From positions 40,711 through 104,710 of the IMG/VR virus record IMGVR_UViG_3300044712_000336: 64,000 bases of DNA; one strand, written 5' to 3'. This DNA is from a virus. Below, piece after piece: positions 60,747 to 64,000 of this stretch; position 1 is the first letter of the stretch; each line of letters starts with the position of its first letter. The notes under the pieces were generated by a model. That model was not told where the DNA came from and ran no database searches. It was given only the letters and a program-made list of their open reading frames with translations. The position numbers were made by a program, and so were the translations under genes.

Positions 60747-60794
60747 AAAAAAACGGATAGTATATGTACTATTAATACATAATACTATCCGTTT
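60747..60794 (-). terminator. Intrinsic terminator after the abundant structural gene
   Basis: AAACGGATAGTAT...ATACTATCCGTTT stem, with a U run on the - strand (A run at 60747-60753). Confidence 0.8.
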
Positions 60795-60808
60795 AACAAC
60801 ATTAAAAA

Positions 60809-62239
60809 TTAATAAGTCGTAATTGCACTAGTTTGTGCTGCTTTATATGAAGTTAGCAGTTTATCCAATGTAGGAATAAATCCATAAGTTGCAGCAGTTG
60901 CTACTGTTTCAGTAATTGCAGCAGAGGATGTATTATATGATACTGGAATAGCAATCATAATACTACCACTATCATTTACATTTGCAGTAGGATTGTCTGT
61001 AAACGGATTCTTCCAACCTAAAGTCAATAGTGAATAAGTACAAGTTTTACCATTAAGGTCAGATACAAATGAACGATAACGTTCACGATCTACTGATAGT
61101 AAGTAACCTTTCTCATTTGACCATGCCCCCATATAATCCCATTCTAACCATCTTACTTCACCAGCAGTACCAACGCCACGATAAGCTTTAATATCACTAA
61201 TAGCAGTATTAGCAGCAACTACATTAGTAGTAGTAGTTGTTACACCTTTAGTTTCAAATGCTACTGAAGGAATACCATAATCACGAATATCACCATTAAT
61301 ATACTCATTGTAAGATACTTTGAACAATACCTTACGATAAGGCCACAATGATGGTTCTGGTGTTAATACCTTACCTGTAATTTTAATACCATATTTAAAA
61401 CTATCTGCAAAAGTAAAAGTTTTAATAGCAGCAGCGGCAGCATCATCCCCTTGATATGGAATATGTAATTTAATTGTAGTACCAGAAATACCAACAATTT
61501 TATATAGTCCATTACCTACTTTAATAACTTTATTAAGAGTTAATCCAGTAGCATCAGTAACTGTAATATATTCTGATTCATTATATACAGCAGCAGTTGC
61601 ACTACCTGTTCCAGCATTATCTGTAATTAATTCAAATTTAAGTGCTGGTTGGAATACACGATAACCAGTTACACCTTTAGTAAAGATCTTATATAACTGA
61701 TCTAACAATTCAATACCAAGATCACGTTGATCTGTTGCAGCAGTACCAGTTGAACCAAAAGTTGATGGTGCTTTCCACAATGCAGATTCAGGACGATCTA
61801 CTGCTTGATATGCGTCATTATCTTCACGCCATAATGTGAGTTTATAAGTTACATCTGGTTCTAATACAGTAGTAAGAGTTCCATCTGTTCCATTATATCC
61901 AATATAAGTTAATTGTTCTAATGCAGGACGATATGCTAAACCAAGATAAGTTTCTACTTTATCTACTGGAATATCTGCTGAGTGATATACTGTATCACCT
62001 TGCCTACATCTAATATTAAACTTTTTAGGTGGATTTGGATGACTATCTAATCCATAAGGGTTAGTACTAGAATTATAACTACCTGCATTATATACATGCC
62101 CATTAGTATCTGTTACTACTATCTGACCATCCTGAATGTAATCAGCACCTCTAGGATTAAAGATTTGAGATCCAGTTGCAGAAGCTGGTGCAGTAATACC
62201 AGACTTTTGAACATACACAAAATTGTTAAGTGTGTTCAT
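60809..62239 (-). CDS. Abundant structural protein, probably the auxiliary capsid protein (crAss001 gp36-like position)
   Basis: T/A/G-rich, optimal-looking codons, own terminator; GIKITG and G.GT..EV..LE motifs; follows a ring gene. Confidence 0.55.
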   Translation of the reverse strand: MNTLNNFVYVQKSGITAPASATGSQIFNPRGADYIQDGQIVVTDTNGHVYNAGSYNSSTNPYGLDSHPNPPKKFNIRCRQGDTVYHSADIPVDKVETYLGLAYRPALEQLTYIGYNGTDGTLTTVLEPDVTYKLTLWREDNDAYQAVDRPESALWKAPSTFGSTGTAATDQRDLGIELLDQLYKIFTKGVTGYRVFQPALKFELITDNAGTGSATAAVYNESEYITVTDATGLTLNKVIKVGNGLYKIVGISGTTIKLHIPYQGDDAAAAAIKTFTFADSFKYGIKITGKVLTPEPSLWPYRKVLFKVSYNEYINGDIRDYGIPSVAFETKGVTTTTTNVVAANTAISDIKAYRGVGTAGEVRWLEWDYMGAWSNEKGYLLSVDRERYRSFVSDLNGKTCTYSLLTLGWKNPFTDNPTANVNDSGSIMIAIPVSYNTSSAAITETVATAATYGFIPTLDKLLTSYKAAQTSAITTY

Positions 62240-62257
62240 AATTTATTGAAAATTTTA

Positions 62258-62533
62258 TTAGTTTACTTTTTTCTTAGAGTTTACTTTAGATTTACCCAAA
62301 GGGTTACTCTCTTGTAGTATATTATCAGTATTAAGTTCTATGTTATCTTCCAATAAAGGAATATTAATACTATCTATCTGTTTTTTATAATCTTCAAGTT
62401 TTTTCTTTAAGTCAAGGATTAACCTTCTATTTTCCTTTACATACTGTTCAATAAATACTAAATCTTCATTAGTAATAATATAAGCATGTTTAGATTTAGG
62501 CTTACTTACTGAAGGAATAAGTTGTTCTTCCAT
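62258..62533 (-). CDS. Hypothetical protein
   Basis: TAATG-coupled ORF. Confidence 0.6.
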   Translation of the reverse strand: MEEQLIPSVSKPKSKHAYIITNEDLVFIEQYVKENRRLILDLKKKLEDYKKQIDSINIPLLEDNIELNTDNILQESNPLGKSKVNSKKKVN

Positions 62534-63498
62534 TACTCATTAGTTTTAGCTTCAACTTGTGCTATCTGGTACTTTTGTTGTGTTGGTATCAAACTAGCTA
62601 TTGCAATTCTAGCTGCAATTTGTACAATCTCACTATGTACTGATGGATGTAAATCACAATCTACTTGATTAGATGGTAATGTATAATCTATTAATACTTC
62701 TGCTGGTTTCTTAACATAATATACATTATATTTTTCTATATCAAATCCTTTCGGTGGAATCAATTGTAATATCCTTGATTGAGTACCATCAAACTTATAT
62801 TCTGGTGTAAGTAATGTTTGTGAAGGATTAGTTCTACTATTTGCTGAACTTCTAAACTCTACAGTATTACGACCTGAAGTTACTACTGGTAATGGTAAAG
62901 AGCTTCCAAATTCAGTACACCATACTAAATCAGTATAAGGTGTACGATAAGAGTTCCATATCATCTCATTATATTCTTCATGTTTTATATGTTTAACAGT
63001 AACGTTATTACGCCAAACTTTATTAATATCAGAACCAATACTAATATCACAATTCTGTGATACTATAAATAGTACTTCATCAGGTAATTCTAATAATACA
63101 CCATACTTAGCATCTTCTGCATCAGTTAATATAGCTGTATCATAATCACCACCTGGAACTGAATTACTAAGTTCTGTATCTAAATCATTAGTACGTAATG
63201 CACCATTTACATAAGTTCCTCTAACAAAATCACCATAAGTAGTATTACTTACTACTCTTTTCTTCATATATACACCAGTTCTATTTGCGAATAATGGTGC
63301 AATATCAAGTATTCTTTTGTTAGAATCTTCTATTCCTTCACCTCGAATATTACGATTATTAAATACTCTTGTATTAACAAACTCGGTAATTGCCATGTTA
63401 ATAAATAATGATAATTCCCGAGAGTTTAATACCTTATTAGTTATACCACCAGATTCAAGTAAGACTTTAACAGCATCGCCCATTTGGTTAGCTCGCAT
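62533..63498 (-). CDS. Neck/tail ring protein (crAss gene-74-like)
   Basis: E.S.F.N.A...FV, G.E.S.KR..D, YVKKP...CDL...VHSEIVQIA pattern. Confidence 0.7.
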   Translation of the reverse strand: MRANQMGDAVKVLLESGGITNKVLNSRELSLFINMAITEFVNTRVFNNRNIRGEGIEDSNKRILDIAPLFANRTGVYMKKRVVSNTTYGDFVRGTYVNGALRTNDLDTELSNSVPGGDYDTAILTDAEDAKYGVLLELPDEVLFIVSQNCDISIGSDINKVWRNNVTVKHIKHEEYNEMIWNSYRTPYTDLVWCTEFGSSLPLPVVTSGRNTVEFRSSANSRTNPSQTLLTPEYKFDGTQSRILQLIPPKGFDIEKYNVYYVKKPAEVLIDYTLPSNQVDCDLHPSVHSEIVQIAARIAIASLIPTQQKYQIAQVEAKTNE

Positions 63499-63505
63499 AA
63501 TCTAC

Positions 63506-64000
63506 TTATTTTAATTGTGCGTTAATTTGTTCTTTTATTCTTTCTCGTAATGCTTTACTATCTGGATTAAGTAAATATGTAACTACTTCTTGATATGATT
63601 TACCTATAGTTTCATTAGTTGCTAGTTTAAACTCACCTAAATTACTATAATATTTAATCTCACCAATTTCCATTGCTTCTTGAATGAATACCATAGTTTC
63701 ATACCAAGCTTTATCTTCTTTACGTTTAATAACTAAGTCATGGAATTTATGAATAGTAGTCCTATCTTTAATTAACTCTTTCAAGAAGTTATATAATACT
63801 TCACGTTTAGTATCACGAGGAATATGTCTTCCTTTATTATAAAGGATATTGAATACTTTATATAAGTTATATAAAGGTGCTTTCTTTTCTTTCAATTCGA
63901 ATAATACTTCTAAACATTCATCTTCAACTTTATTTTTATCAGTTTCAGCTTGTGTAGTGTATTCTTCATCATCAATATAGAATATTTGATCTGCTGTGTA
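63506..64000 (-). CDS. Conserved capsid-module protein (crAss gene-75-like), 5' truncated
   Basis: Frame is open to the window edge (YTADQIFYIDDEE...). C-terminal IG.S..EVV.YL..P; position upstream of the ring gene. Confidence 0.55.
   Translation of the reverse strand, partial: YTADQIFYIDDEEYTTQAETDKNKVEDECLEVLFELKEKKAPLYNLYKVFNILYNKGRHIPRDTKREVLYNFLKELIKDRTTIHKFHDLVIKRKEDKAWYETMVFIQEAMEIGEIKYYSNLGEFKLATNETIGKSYQEVVTYLLNPDSKALRERIKEQINAQLK

Noticed and set aside
3618-63514. Short opposite-strand ORFs in the track (e.g. 3618-3914, 8948-9277, 26918-27169, 40144-40536, 59720-60160)
   Set aside because: They lie fully antisense to well-supported genes and show the S/L/I/F-rich shadow composition with no motifs.
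1-64000. Stop-codon reassignment (TAG/TGA), known in some crAss-like phages
   Set aside because: Genes tile densely under code 11, including a 5116-aa ORF. TAG (6056, 8303, 27783) and TGA (e.g. 10639, 17332) fall at natural gene ends.
1-64000. Integrase, transposase, DNA polymerase, terminase, portal and major capsid genes
   Set aside because: None recognisable in this window. The core ones presumably lie beyond the edges, where both terminal genes are truncated.

Overview
AT-rich 64-kb segment of a large dsDNA phage. It is almost certainly crAss-like (Crassvirales) and infects a Bacteroidota host; the family cannot be assigned by eye. Standard code 11 is sufficient. There are two convergent arms. 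The + arm (1-23275) holds replication and accessory genes: the end of a DnaB-like helicase, two P-loop ATPases, a probable SSB, primase, 5'-3' exonuclease, ThyX, dUTPase, Thg1, pyruvoyl-dependent arginine decarboxylase, DUF2829/Tad2-like, DUF932, Gp88-like, vWA and many small ORFs. The - arm (64000-23461) holds virion genes: ring proteins, probable auxiliary capsid protein, tail fibres, IHF-like protein, muzzle, cargo/ejection proteins, a 5116-aa virion RNA polymerase polyprotein and a 1417-aa ejection protein. The best candidate for an undescribed system is at 2209-4227. Three tandem, otherwise dissimilar genes all begin with the same motif (MxxxRxxxFETNS[S/I]STHS[V/I][S/T]I) and are followed directly by a radical SAM enzyme, which suggests a phage-encoded protein-modification or cofactor-maturation module. 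Other points of interest are SF1-helicase and zincin domains inside the RNAP polyprotein, a PD-(D/E)xK domain in the ejection protein, a phage PdaD, consensus Bacteroidota promoters and a family of sequence-related hairpins. All calls come from reading motifs by eye; no searches were run.
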